From Kudoa neothunni (taxonomy: Eukaryota > Animalia > Cnidaria), in the NCBI GenBank assembly GCA_964304625.1, contig OZ199839.1, positions 4,591,376-4,655,375 on the forward strand: a stretch of DNA of 64,000 nt. The letters are read 5' to 3'. Position numbers and translations under genes: made by a program. The notes under the pieces were generated by a model that was given only the letters and a program-made list of their open reading frames with translations, was not told where the DNA came from and did not search any database. This document shows, one piece after another, positions 1 to 12,001 of this stretch (the first letter of the stretch is position 1; every line of letters begins with the position of its first letter).

Positions 1-739
1 TATTTTAGATGCCTTGGTATTGATAAAGAAATCTTGGGAAAATGTCAGGTCGCAGATATATCAAATTGTTTTAGAAAGGCTGGCTTTATTTTCGAGGATA
101 ATAGTACTGAAATATCCCCTGTTCCATCCGAAAAATTAATCAATGTTGACCAGACTTGCAATGAGTTAATTCCAAAACCGTCATTTGATGAAGAAGATGG
201 CACTGATCTGTTAGAATCCATAATGGAGGAATTTATTGTTAGAGTGTGTCAGTATGACACAGAAGAAAATTCAGTGATTCTTTCAGAGTCATCAAAATGT
301 TTTGAATACCTATGTAGCGATTTTTTAGTTCTTTTTTTTTTTGTGTGCAAAAAAACCAACGGTTTAAATTTTTATCGACCTCAATCGGCAAATGCCGATT
401 GTTAAATATGTAAATAATTTTGTTTACTGATAAATGTTTATTTTAATCGTGACTTGAGTCACGACAACCTAAAAGGATATTTCAAACAATGCGGTTCTGA
501 TGTTTGGGATCCACTTTATCGAATTGAAATGGAACTTTATAAGACGTCGGAAAAAAGTACGATACAAACAAAAAGATTAGATTACTTTAGTAGTTCTAAG
601 CAGATTTTGAATTACTAATAAACACTTTTTTTTATAACGGACGTGCGCGCGTCGTTAGTTGCCAAATAGCCCGCAATGTTGGCTATTTGGCACTTTTCCT
701 TCGATCTCGTAGGGATTACGTAATACCCGTCACCTACTG
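1..739 (+). mobile_element. 3' remnant of a pogo/Tigger element (decayed DDE_1 transposase C-terminus plus right TIR)
   Basis: ORF 34..405 (ISNCFRKAGF...KCFEYL) resembles the C-termini of the elements at 41307 and 52240. It ends ...cccgtcacctactg|TA, the reverse complement of the cagtgggtga/cagtcggtga TIRs. Confidence 0.85.
313..466. mobile_element. Very short solo-LTR-like insertion (154 bp)
   Basis: TGtagcga...tcacgaCA flanked by a 5-bp direct repeat ACCTA (308-312, 467-471). Removing it restores FEYL-KGYF, as in the homologous element near 52500. Confidence 0.75.
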
Positions 740-963
740 TATACTTATTTAATGATATAAAAATAAAATTTATAGTAATAAATTTGCTTAAAATAATTTT
801 ATGTATTAAGTTGACATTTTATATACACAAAAATTTCAAAGTGAATAATTATAACACTGTTTTTTATTCAGTTGACTTATAATAATGACAACGAAAATTA
901 CTTTGAGACAATCTTTCTTTTATTTGTTGAGGTTTTAGAGATAAAACCTATTTATCTTCTTAA

Positions 964-2750
964 CCCATAGCGGGTTTTCGTTGCTTTTTCGGCACTGGCA
1001 TATAATCGCCATACAAACATTCATTGTTTTTAAAATTTTATTATTTTTTTAATATCAATTAATGAATTCATTTTTAATTTATTACTACAGTATAATTATA
1101 GTTAATAATGTATTTGTAAAGATATGATAATAAATAGCTCATACCATGTGCTTAGGTCATAATGCAACGAAAAATTTATGATATTTGTCTCTTTGAAGAG
1201 TATTTTTGTAAATTTAGAAAAATTATATTTAGTTTTATGATATAAACTCAATTTAAGAATTACAGACTTATCTAAGATAAGTTATAACGGAAGTAATGCG
1301 AGGCCGAAAAAGCAACGAAGAACGACCAGCATGCCATGCTAAATCCTAATAATCCCACATTTGTTATTTGATCGACGCAGTTGATGAAATTGATAATAAT
1401 GATGATGAAATTAGTTGCATCGATATTGTAATGGACGAAGAAGAAAGTTTTGTCAGCCTAGATTCAGACAATGTTGACATCAGGAATGTCCCCGAAGTTT
1501 GCGGGGAAGTTGAGATATTTTCAACATTAGATGATGGTCAGACTGCTGAGAACTCCATAGCTATGTGGGAAAAAATTCTTCATTCATCAAATTTATCAAC
1601 CGATATGGAAATTAATGTTTTTTCACAAAACAAAAATGAATTGCCAACAAACGTTTCGCTCGAAAAATACGATTCACTCGAAGCATTTTATGAATTTTTC
1701 GATGAAAGTTTATTGATGCACATTGTTAAACAAAGTAATCTGTATGCTTGCCAGAAGAATGACCATTCTTTCCACTTATCGTTAAAGGAACTAAAATCAC
1801 TCATTGGTATTTTGCTACTGTCTGGATATAATAAATTATCCCAACAACATATGTATTGGGAATCTGCAATGGACTCTGGAGTTGATATAGTCAGAAAATG
1901 TATGTCCTATAAACGCTTCAAGACTATAAAATCATATATTCAACTTAATGATAACGTCAGTTTAGATCCCTCAAAGCAACCGGCACCGTGAGAACCAATC
2001 GTACTTCCAAATGCCCGCTTACAACAAATAAAGTGATGGAAAAAGTCGAGAGGTTTCTTCGAAACATTTAAGGATAAAGAATTTGGCATTAATGGTCTAT
2101 ATTGGAGAGACACAAAACCTGTAGCTCTAATGAATAATGCACTAAATGCCGAACCTGTCCAACAGATCCGACGATATTTTCAATCTAAAAAAAGATACGA
2201 CAACGTTCCTCAACCTTACATATGTTATATGTATAATAAATACGTGGGAGGAGTCGATGTCGTCGATGCTTCAGTTTCATGTTACAGAGTAAATATAAAA
2301 TCTAAAAAATGGTACTGGCTCCTGTTTACCAATATGTTATCCCTAGCTGTGGTTAACTCATATAAATTGGTTACCTATCCAAACTCCAAGCGTCATCATT
2401 GTGCAAAAAAGAAACGTAGATGTATAGTTTGTAAAAAAACTACAATACATTTATGTACGAATTGCCAATGTTATATACATATAAAATGTTCAAGAAAATT
2501 TGATAAGGCATAATTATTTACAATTATTTCATTTTAAACCAGCTGTTTTTTGTATACCGCAAACACAAATCTGCTATTGGAAAATCGCACGTCGGTAGTT
2601 TTTCGCTGCTTTTTCGGCCAATTACTAATTCAATTGTAATTTATTAAATATTTAATATTTCAAAAATCTATTACACCAGTGTTAGTTATTAATGATTTAA
2701 TACATATATATAAATTATAAATAAAATCTAAACATTTGACCCGTTATGGG
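964..2750 (+). mobile_element. Internally deleted piggyBac element
   Basis: TTAA|cccatagcgggt ... acccgttatggg|TTAA. ORFs 1368..1991 and 2130..2513 carry piggyBac motifs (YNKYVGGVDVVD, KKWYW, C-terminal Cys-rich domain). The central DDD region is missing. Confidence 0.92.
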
Positions 2751-3174
2751 TTAAATCTGAAAAAAGGGTATATAGGAAAATTTTATGAACTTGGAATCAT
2801 TATATTCAGTCTAAAGATTGAGAAATTGTTAATTGAATTAAATAAAATATTTCAAAGCACGTAATAACACAAAAAATTAAAAAAAATGTTTATATTATAG
2901 ATAAAAACTAAAAAGGAAAATGTCATGGCACGAGCGCTTCAATGAGTTAGATTCCGGTAATCCAGGTTAATCTCACATCACAAATCATTTTTTAAACTTA
3001 CTTCTGTAATTCTTTAATTTACATAAACATTTATAATTAAATGTATTCTACTGGAATATGTATAATTTAATCTATTAAGAAATGCCAACAGCATAAATTA
3101 TCGAATCAATCGTACAATGCACGTTTTAATCCCGGCGGCCGCATGAAAATTAAGGGATTATCTACCGTTCTTTT

Positions 3175-3478
3175 GTAAATATTAGCCAAAATATTTTCTT
3201 TTGGTTTGTTATATTTTTGTTAATATGTGTTTCGAGATAATTATTTCGGGCAAAAAACCTATTTGTAAACATTATGTTGACTTATAATATCCCACGATAT
3301 TTTACGAACACTTGTCGATGTTATTACGAAAAGATTTAATGCTTGAAGCTAACGCATATTTCGCTCTGTTCTCTTCCAGCGGTTTTGGTATTTTTCTAAA
3401 ATTATGACAATTTGATTTATCTAAGTATTATCGCGCTATAAAAAAGTGGGGTGTTTTACATCCCAAAAGTGTTCGAGG
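3175..3478. repeat. Inverted partial copy of the piggyBac end at ~4286-4585
   Basis: About 300 bp of reverse-complement similarity (e.g. tttgtaaacattatgttgacttataatatc vs gatattataagtcaacataatgtttacaaa). It is truncated at its TIR by the element starting at 3481. Confidence 0.8.
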
Positions 3479-6011
3479 TACGGTCGAACTCCGTTTATCC
3501 GAAAATCGCGCTACCCGAATGATTTTTTAAAATTTATTTTAAAATGATGTAGATTATAAATAAAAATTTTCGGATGTAAATGCCTTGAAGTCTCGATTAG
3601 TACCTGGTCAAAATGGCACCTACATTTATTTTTTGGACACATGTTCGTTATTTATTCAATTTAAATTTATGTTAGATTAATAGAAACAACGTAACGTATA
3701 TAATATTTTATGTTCAAAATGCAACCGTGTTCATGATGAACGAATAAACATTGGGTAAAGAAAAATTCTCTTATATCTTTTCATAAGTAATAAAATATTA
3801 AAATGGAATTTATGGGATTGTTTAACTAAAAATTAGCGGTGACTTCATAAGACCAATTTATCCACGGAATTCACTCAATTCAAAATGTTCACACATCAGT
3901 TTTTTCCCATAACACCTCCATTTTTAGGTCTTATTGAGTCTTAACAATCATTGAACAATATTAAATTGTTAGCATATGACATATTTTAATTAACGAGGTG
4001 GTTCTAAATATCGTTATGGAGAATTCTGGGAGAATACTCCTCATTGTTACTTTATGATACTTACCATCATTATTAACACAACTCACAATATCCAAATAGG
4101 GAAGAAATTATAAAAAAATTAATAATAATAATAAATAATAATCCATTTTTTAGAATCTAGAACGTATCAGTCTAGTGTGTCGCAGCCGCGCTAGGGTCGC
4201 ACACATCGGTAGTATGCGTGCGCCGACTACGTTGGATAAATTATTACTGTGCCTTAACCCTCTAATTATCCAAAGAAACATATACCCCTAACACTTTTGG
4301 GGTGTAAAGCACCTCAATTTTTTATTGCATAATAATACTTAGATAAATCTAATGGTCATAATTTTAAGATAATGTCGAAATCGCCGGTAGCGAACAGAGG
4401 AAAATATGCCTTAGCTTCAAGCATTAAATCTCTTCGTAACAACATCGACAGACGTTCGTAAAAAATCGTTTGATATTATAAGTCAACATAATGTTTACAA
4501 AAAGTTTTTTTGCCCGAAATAATTGACTCGAAACACGTATTAATGAGAATATAACCAAACAAGAAAAGAATATTTGTACTAATTGCACCTAAAACAAGTG
4601 TTTGAGGAGTGAACTAAACAATAATATTTGTAATATCTCTGGCACCATTTATTTGTTTTTTTATCTTTACTTCGTTCACAGTACTCACAACTAGATTATT
4701 TGGAGCTCATAGGAGGATTCTTTTTCGGACGAATTTCTTGCCAATAATGGATTGTAAAGTTCTTCGGACATCTGTTTCAAAAAATTACGCCTAGTTGTGG
4801 TACTATCATTAAAAATATCCTTAAATATTGCAGATGCATTAATTAGAGACAAATCAACCATGTTAAAAAACACTATTAGAGGTCACCTTCTTGTGAATTT
4901 GCGTACAGAAACCGACGCTAACATCCTATCAATGTTATCAACTCCCCCTTTTGATTCGTTATAGTTTAGAATCACTTGGGGCTTACACTTAGTTGACTCG
5001 TCGCTAACAGAATTACTGCTTTCGACTTATTACAAACATAGGACGTCAGCAAGAATTTTTCGTAATACACGAAAGTAATACTGTAGAGGGTTCTTTTTCT
5101 TGAGGGAAAAGGACAAGGAGGTATCTCTTTTTTGTTTTTCGAACTGTTCCCAGGAAGGTAAGCTTTTTCTGCAATAAATTTTTCCCAAGACATACACTGA
5201 TGTTACGGACATAATTTGCCACTGGATCGACTAAGAGAAAAAACTTTAGGCCATATTTTGCCGGCTTCATCGGCATGTACTGTCGGAATGGGCACCTTCC
5301 CTTGAACGAAACAAGTTGCTCGTCCACGGTTACTTCTTGATTTGGTGGAAAACGTCGGGGTAATGAATCAACCCATTGATTCCATACATCAAGGATTGGG
5401 AAAAATTTATCATTTTTTTCGTTCCAATCGTGCATTAAAATCATCGAAATGGAGTGCACGAGTGATTTGAGTGAATCGACGGAGTGAAAAAAGCCTTCTG
5501 TATATTTCCACACCTTCTCTTACACCGAAGAGCTCGCATAAAGGCTCTTGTCGGTCTTTATGAGTAGCCATCAATACGAGAAGACCAAGGTAACCTTTAA
5601 GTTCCACAAGGTCTAATTCCATCCAGTCATCTTTAAAATGGTGCATTCCAAACACGTTGGTAAATGTAATAATCTGATGGCATATATCATTGTTGAAAAA
5701 CAGGAGGAAGCAATCTAGTAAGCATAGTATCTTTGACGTCGCATAAGCTGTAGCTCCAGGTAAGGAATTCATAATGTTTTCTTGGCATGTTTTAGTTGTA
5801 GGTGGCTTGGATAAGCTCCACGTAATTCCGCATTTGTTTGTTAACATGTTGCTATGTGCTTCCTGAATTTCAGCTTCATCATCAGTAATTTCACCCTCTT
5901 CTATAATTTGATCCTCGAATTCGCTGCCAGATGAACATAAATCGTCACTATACTCGCTAAGACCGCTCATTTCCACACTGTCAAATATACAAAGTTTGTG
6001 CATTTATTATA

Positions 6012-8013
6012 GGGTTTTTCGAGCTTTATCGCCAATTTTGTTGTATATCCAGAAGTGCGCAGAAAGATAGGCAATGTAAGAAAAGACACAATGATGTATA
6101 GTAACTAATTATGGGTTAAATACTAATTTGGCGAGGATTATTATTATTAGCGGGGGTCGCATCGGCGGCGCGTTCGGTGGAGGTCTCAGTAATATCGTTT
6201 CTTCGTGGTGTATGTTGTTGATGCTTTGTATATGTCATTTATCCATTATTACCATGAGGTGTAAAACTAACATGCCCTTTATCTGCCATTCGTCATCTCG
6301 AGAATTCATCATCTAAAGGTTCTAGGAATCGATATCACCGATCGCTCCCGGGTATTCCAATATTATTGAATCTGTACACAAATTTGTCAAGCAATAACGT
6401 CAGTTTATCAAGCTTTAACGACGCTATTAAATTATATTACTGAATTAACCATATATAAGTAGGTTTTATTCTATATTCATGCAATCAATACAAAAAAATA
6501 AATAGTTCCAAATATAACAATAATTATTTTATATTTTTTTATTCTAGAATTATTTCTCTGTTTAGGCAGAGAGAGATGTAGCGGAGCATTTTTCGAAAAT
6601 ACCCCTTGCAATCCTCTGGTGTAACTGAATTGAATCCGTCATTAATAAGATTCAACAAGTCGCTCTCATTCCTTGCCTGACCTCGTATGACGAAATTTTT
6701 CCATTTGCTAAAGGTGTTTTCGATCGAGTTGAGGAATGGGGAGTAAGGAGGTAGGTAGAGTACGTTTAACCCCGTCGACTGGATGTAGTCTTTCACACCG
6801 TGATAATGGTGTATTCGCACATTATCTAAAATAAAGCAAGGATTTTCAATTTCCGTAGAATTGCATGTTAATGTGAGTTCATGGAGATAGTTCTTGAAAT
6901 CTTCTCCATTAACCGGTCGGTTATTTATCTTGTGGAAGACCATACCATATTTGTTCATTGAAGTTATTACGGAGATGTTCCTACTCCTAACGCTGCCAGC
7001 TGGAACATAAGCCGACGTCCCAATCAATGACCGACCCAGCTTTGTCCTACTGGAAACACTAAACCCTACCTCATCAATAAATATGAAGTTTTTGTCCTCA
7101 ATTTCAGGGAGATTAGAATTAAAACTTTGTGCGTACGCTAGACGCTGTTCCAATGTATTAGCACAATTCCTTCTCTCAGAGACCAAAAGTTACGGATTTA
7201 AATGAGTAATGAAACTCGTTCAAACATCGATTAATGGTGCTGATACTCACTGAGACGCCACATTCGTCGATCAACTTAAGGCGAAGAGCTTTGAGTGTAA
7301 TAGTAGCATCTTCATCCACCCGACCTTTGATTAATAACTTTTGATCCATGTTTAATATCGTCGAAAAGTCGACACTTCTTTTTAGGGACTTGGTGTTGCC
7401 ATGCTTCAAGTTTGCAGGCACCATTGAGACCACTGTGCTGCGAGGAATCCCAAAATGTTTGGAAACATACGTGTTTGTCACACCAGTTTTTGAGAGGTTA
7501 ATGATATCCAATCTCATTTTATCGGTTATAGTTTTTCTTTTTATCTTTGGTTATTGCGATACTTGAGAATTTTCACTGTTGTTTGATTAAAATATATTGA
7601 TAATATTTAAATTCTAAAACTATTATAAATCTTACCGCTCATATTTAATTCTTTAGGATATTAATTTGATTTCAATATTATAGTGAAGCTCGAGTATGCA
7701 ATCACCGCGTGGCCACAAATGTGTACACGAAATGTTTACGCATGTTTAGCCTCAGTATTTTTCACACTGCTCTAATTTTTACATCTCTTTATTTTAAATA
7801 ACGAAGATAGCTAATAAACTCATGGCCAAATTTGGACTAAGTATATTATCAGATAAAAATATAATTTTTTATTATTTTTACAAAAAGTGAACATAATACG
7901 GGAAAATCCTTATGCATATATGGTTAATTTAATACTATAATTTAACCGCGTCGTTAAAGCTTGATACACTGACGATAATGCTTGACAAATTGGCGATAAA
8001 GCTCGAAAAACCC
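6012..8013 (-). mobile_element. Tc1/IS630-like DD34E element, intronless, with long TIRs
   Basis: TA|gggtttttcgagctttatcgccaattt TIRs extending ~110 bp. ORFs 7176..7517 (HTH) and 6539..7186 (FIDEVGF, DNVRIH-34 aa-E, YSPFLNSIE) are separated by one frameshift. Confidence 0.92.
6039..6380. mobile_element. Solo LTR (342 bp) inside the left TIR of the Tc1-like element
   Basis: TGttgta...gtacaCA with 5-bp TSD AATTT (6034-6038, 6381-6385). Removing it restores the match to the right TIR. Confidence 0.85.
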
Positions 8014-9581
8014 TATATATCGGATAACTATTGCGCAAGCGAACTCATGTAACTGCCTTACGAATCCCATGATTTTGGAATAACTATGGATTTCATGCCA
8101 TTAATATTACGTATCCGTAACAAATATTTTTATTCCTATTATTTAAGAAAAAAAAATCTAGGGTGTTTTACACCCCAAAAGTGTTGGAGGGTATTTTTTA
8201 TTAAAATTTTTACAATTTTTGTTATCAAAATTTAAGGAGTAACATAAACTAAAGGAATAGCTAGAATTTATAGCGACAGACAAGATTAATAAGGAAGATG
8301 TGCCAATAACAATATCGTTTTTGGGGTGTATTACACCCCAAAAGTGTTAGAGGGGTTAAACTAATGTTTTCACATTGTATTCATTAGTATAACATATATA
8401 TAGTCGAGTTTTATTTTAAAATATAAAACAAACGTTGAATAATGAAAAATAAAGCATGTAACCAAACTGAATTTTTCCAGCGCATTCACGGTCTCGTTTA
8501 ATCGAAATTTCGGTATCCGAAAGAAAAATGCCAACTCCCAACATTTTCGGATAAATGGGGTTCGACTGTATATTGATTAAAAAAATTCGAACTAGAGTTT
8601 ATTTGAGTAACTAACAATATGAATTTAATAAGAAAAATCTATTTAATAATGTTATGTTTTTATTAGAAATATAACTTTCATTTAATTGGATTATGAGCCA
8701 AATTTTAGATGTTTTAATAAGTAATTAATCAAGCGAATTACATATATACCCCAATATCAAAAAATAAGGAGATCGAGACCAAAATTTTCTCTTATTTTGT
8801 CGATTTTGTAGCCGGCTAATTTGAATCATAAGTAAATGTTTTTAAGAAAAATACAAATTAATTTGGGAATCCTAAAAAATAATCTCTCATTGAAGAAATT
8901 ATTTATTCGTTTTTAATAGGTAGATCTTAAATCTCAGGTCCAAATTATGTTCGATGGCGATAAATGCCTTGGTATATGTTGCAAAAACGTTACGTGTAGA
9001 AATAAGAATATGTAAGTTACGGTGAGTGTTTTGATTAGAAGTCGTACTGGAACTTGTTATCATCAACGATATAACTACTACTGCATATCTAAATTCAAAA
9101 GTACTCAATGATAAAAAGCATTTTTATCCAATATATACCATTATTTGGTTTTAAGGTCATTAGCAATATTCCGGCCAATTTTTATGAAGAAATTTTAAAA
9201 GAACAATATTTATAGTTTCAATGTCTTACAACTGTAATGACACAAAAATTAAGTTTATCATTGTTATGTCTATTATTGAAATTAGCTGATTAGATTACAG
9301 GATACATATCTATTCTAGCGTATAATATTTAAATTACAAATTTATTTTTATAACTCAAAACAATATTTTTATACTTTGATATCCCAAATATGTTAGTAAC
9401 AAAAAATTATATGGGGTTAACGATGTTTATTTTGTTTAAATAAAACAAACTTACAAAACTGATATCTTAATTTGTGATGCTCAAAGAGAACACTTATTTT
9501 TGGTATCGATAAGGAAAGCGTTATCATAGCAACAAGATATTGATAAGAACATCCAAAATCAAGAGTTTATATTGAATTCCA

Positions 9582-11900
9582 ATGGAAAAATTTTGTAGTA
9601 GAATAATTCATGTAACAGTTCCATTCTGTTGAAAGTCTCACACACTTAATGAAATCATTTTATAGGTTCATATGAAAAAAACATGCTCCAAAAAGATACA
9701 AAAGCTAAATATTTCGAACAATTCGTGCTTTAATGGAGAGGATATTTTATATCTGTCAAGTATAATTGATCTTTAATATTAAATATTGAATTTAGTTTAA
9801 GACAAACATGAGGTCTCCACAATTTCTTCAGACAAAATATCGCTAATAAACACAGCAGTACAAAGAATATGTGAACCTAATAAGAGTAATATAAAAATAT
9901 TTGAACAGTGATTTATTTATATTCTTTTAATATTTAAAAATGGAAAATTTCATTAAGAAACATTCAAAAGCATAAGCACTACTTGTCAGGAAATTCCTTC
10001 GTTACTAACTTTAGACACTGACAATAAGGTACGGAGGAATTTTAGTTTTATCATTGCTAGTTGATACCAATTGATGTTATAATTAAATAAACATAAGATA
10101 AAGATGTGGAAGAAAAAAGATTTTTTCGTATATTGAAGAATTTTCTTATGATATAAACGTAATAAAAGTTACATTGTGCTGTATTAAATTGGTTTCCATA
10201 GGATTCGTGTGAAATATTTAACTTTCATCCCACAATAAAAAATGTAATATATTTTTTTAATTATGCTAATAATTTTTTAGGCATTTTATGTCGTGACTGA
10301 AAATAGCTCATTTACTTTGGTGGATATTGTTAAAAACAAAGTGGCTTTAAGTAGGAAATCAATTTTACCTCAAATATTGAAGTAATTCGCATAGATTACG
10401 GACTAGGAACCGATAACTTGGTATCTTCATCCGACTGGAATAATTATGGCACAATCTTGATATCGTTGGATAAAGTAAATATTTTACGATAGAGTTTATT
10501 TGAACTTGTAATAGAATGGCGTTGCCTTCGTTGTTAGATCCACGAAACTGTTTAGTTAATATAGTATATATAAATGTGTCACTATTTTAATGTTATTGCA
10601 CATTATTGATAGAAACAGGACTTGAAAGTAAGAGATGCTGATGTGTTCTGGTCTAATAGTCCTGTTAAAACTATTTACAACAGGAATGAATGTAAAAATT
10701 ATGTTCTAAATTGTAGCACACTTAGATTATCATATATTTTAATAGAATAACAATAAAACAAGCGCATGTTTATGGGATATAAGGAACCTCAATTTACCAT
10801 TATCTATTGGATGTCTACCCTTTGATTACAAGTGATATTTTCTAAATGCAATTTTCAGCTACATTAGTAGAAATTCGTTAACTATTTTTGACAACAAACG
10901 GAATAATTTTCGTTTCTGCAATTAAGGTGAATAAATTGTTAAAAATTAATTTTATGACATTATAATAGAATACAAATAAAGGTTTACTTTGGAACTGTTG
11001 ATAACAAGTCAAATATGAACATAGGTATAAAAATACGTTTAACTGAATTGATAATTCTTTAAGCGAAACATGACTTTGTTTATGATTCACTGGGTATAAC
11101 TGCCATCTCCGAACACGTCGTTGGTAAAAAGTACCAGAAAATCGATAGCATTATTCAAATAAACAACAAAGGACTTTCCCAAATTGAAATTGATGCCACA
11201 TTTTTGGTAATAATCTTTTGAAATCTATAATAATATATGGAAATGTTGTAGGATCAGTATGAGCAAACTCTACCAGGTACTCCAAAAATGATTGAATTCC
11301 AAAACATAGATAGCTGGGTCAACTCCTACGATGATACGGTTTAACTTTTACCTAAAAATAATTGAAATACTCAATAGGTTATTAACGATGAGATTTTGGG
11401 TCCTCCAAACGAAAGAGTCACCAACTCAGAAAATACTGAGAATCACAAATCAACTTCAACGTGTTTAAACAAATGAAACACTTTTTTAATTTTTTAAAGA
11501 TACTCAACAGCTGTTTCAAATTTACATCCACCCGAACATCACAAGTCGACATTGGGCTCTGTCTTTAATGACGGTTTGTACGACACCGCTCAGTTTGAAT
11601 CACACACATCCATTAGCAAAAATTGGTGTTAGTTTCAAGGAAATTTTTACACGCGATGATAAGTGAGTCTCTTAAATAATATTTGCCTAAGTTCTCCCAA
11701 AGATGTTCGAATACGCTTATGAATCGTTAGAAAATAAAGTTTTTGGAAGCTACAACTCAAGCACAGATTATGGACAAACTACGTGAAATTATCAAAAGTA
11801 ACAAAAATTCTATATTTCAGCTAATCTAATTTCAAGAAAGCAAAAATGCACTATTCAATGAAAAACTTGGTTTATTCCAAAAAAAATCTATTTTCACATC
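9582..11900 (+). pseudogene. Divergent coronin-7-like paralogue (N-terminal propeller only), frameshifted; ends approximate
   Basis: Exons IKMW, NFHPTIKN|, SSDWNNYGTILISLDK|, LLDPRN, VFWS..LFTTG and WDIR share intron positions with the downstream CORO7. Frameshifts near 10125, 10525 and 10670. Confidence 0.7.
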
Positions 11901-12001
11901 GAATTCCAACGATTTAAATATTTTTCGCTAAATAAAATTCTACAATCTATTTTTCAACAATATCATTTCTGGGGCAGCTATTAATTTTTATTAATAACTA
12001 A

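Larger units (their letters stand above)
4258..8355 (-). mobile_element. piggyBac element with frameshifted transposase
   Basis: TTAA flanks. Asymmetric ends (TIR plus spacer plus ggggtgtattacacccc palindrome). ORF fragments 5410..6003, 5046..5513 (TVDEQLVSFKGRCPFRQYMPMKPAKYG) and 4691..4873. Confidence 0.92.
3481..8568. mobile_element. Non-autonomous pogo/Tigger element hosting a nest
   Basis: TA|cggtcgaactccgtttatccgaaaat ... attttcggataaatggggttcgactg|TA. Same TIR family as the element at 43919-46151. Confidence 0.8.

Noticed and set aside
7170-7195. Programmed frameshift between the two ORFs of the IS630-like element
   Set aside because: The sister elements read LKRISLVS/LKRISIVS through this point in one frame. 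A single extra T in a short run explains it.
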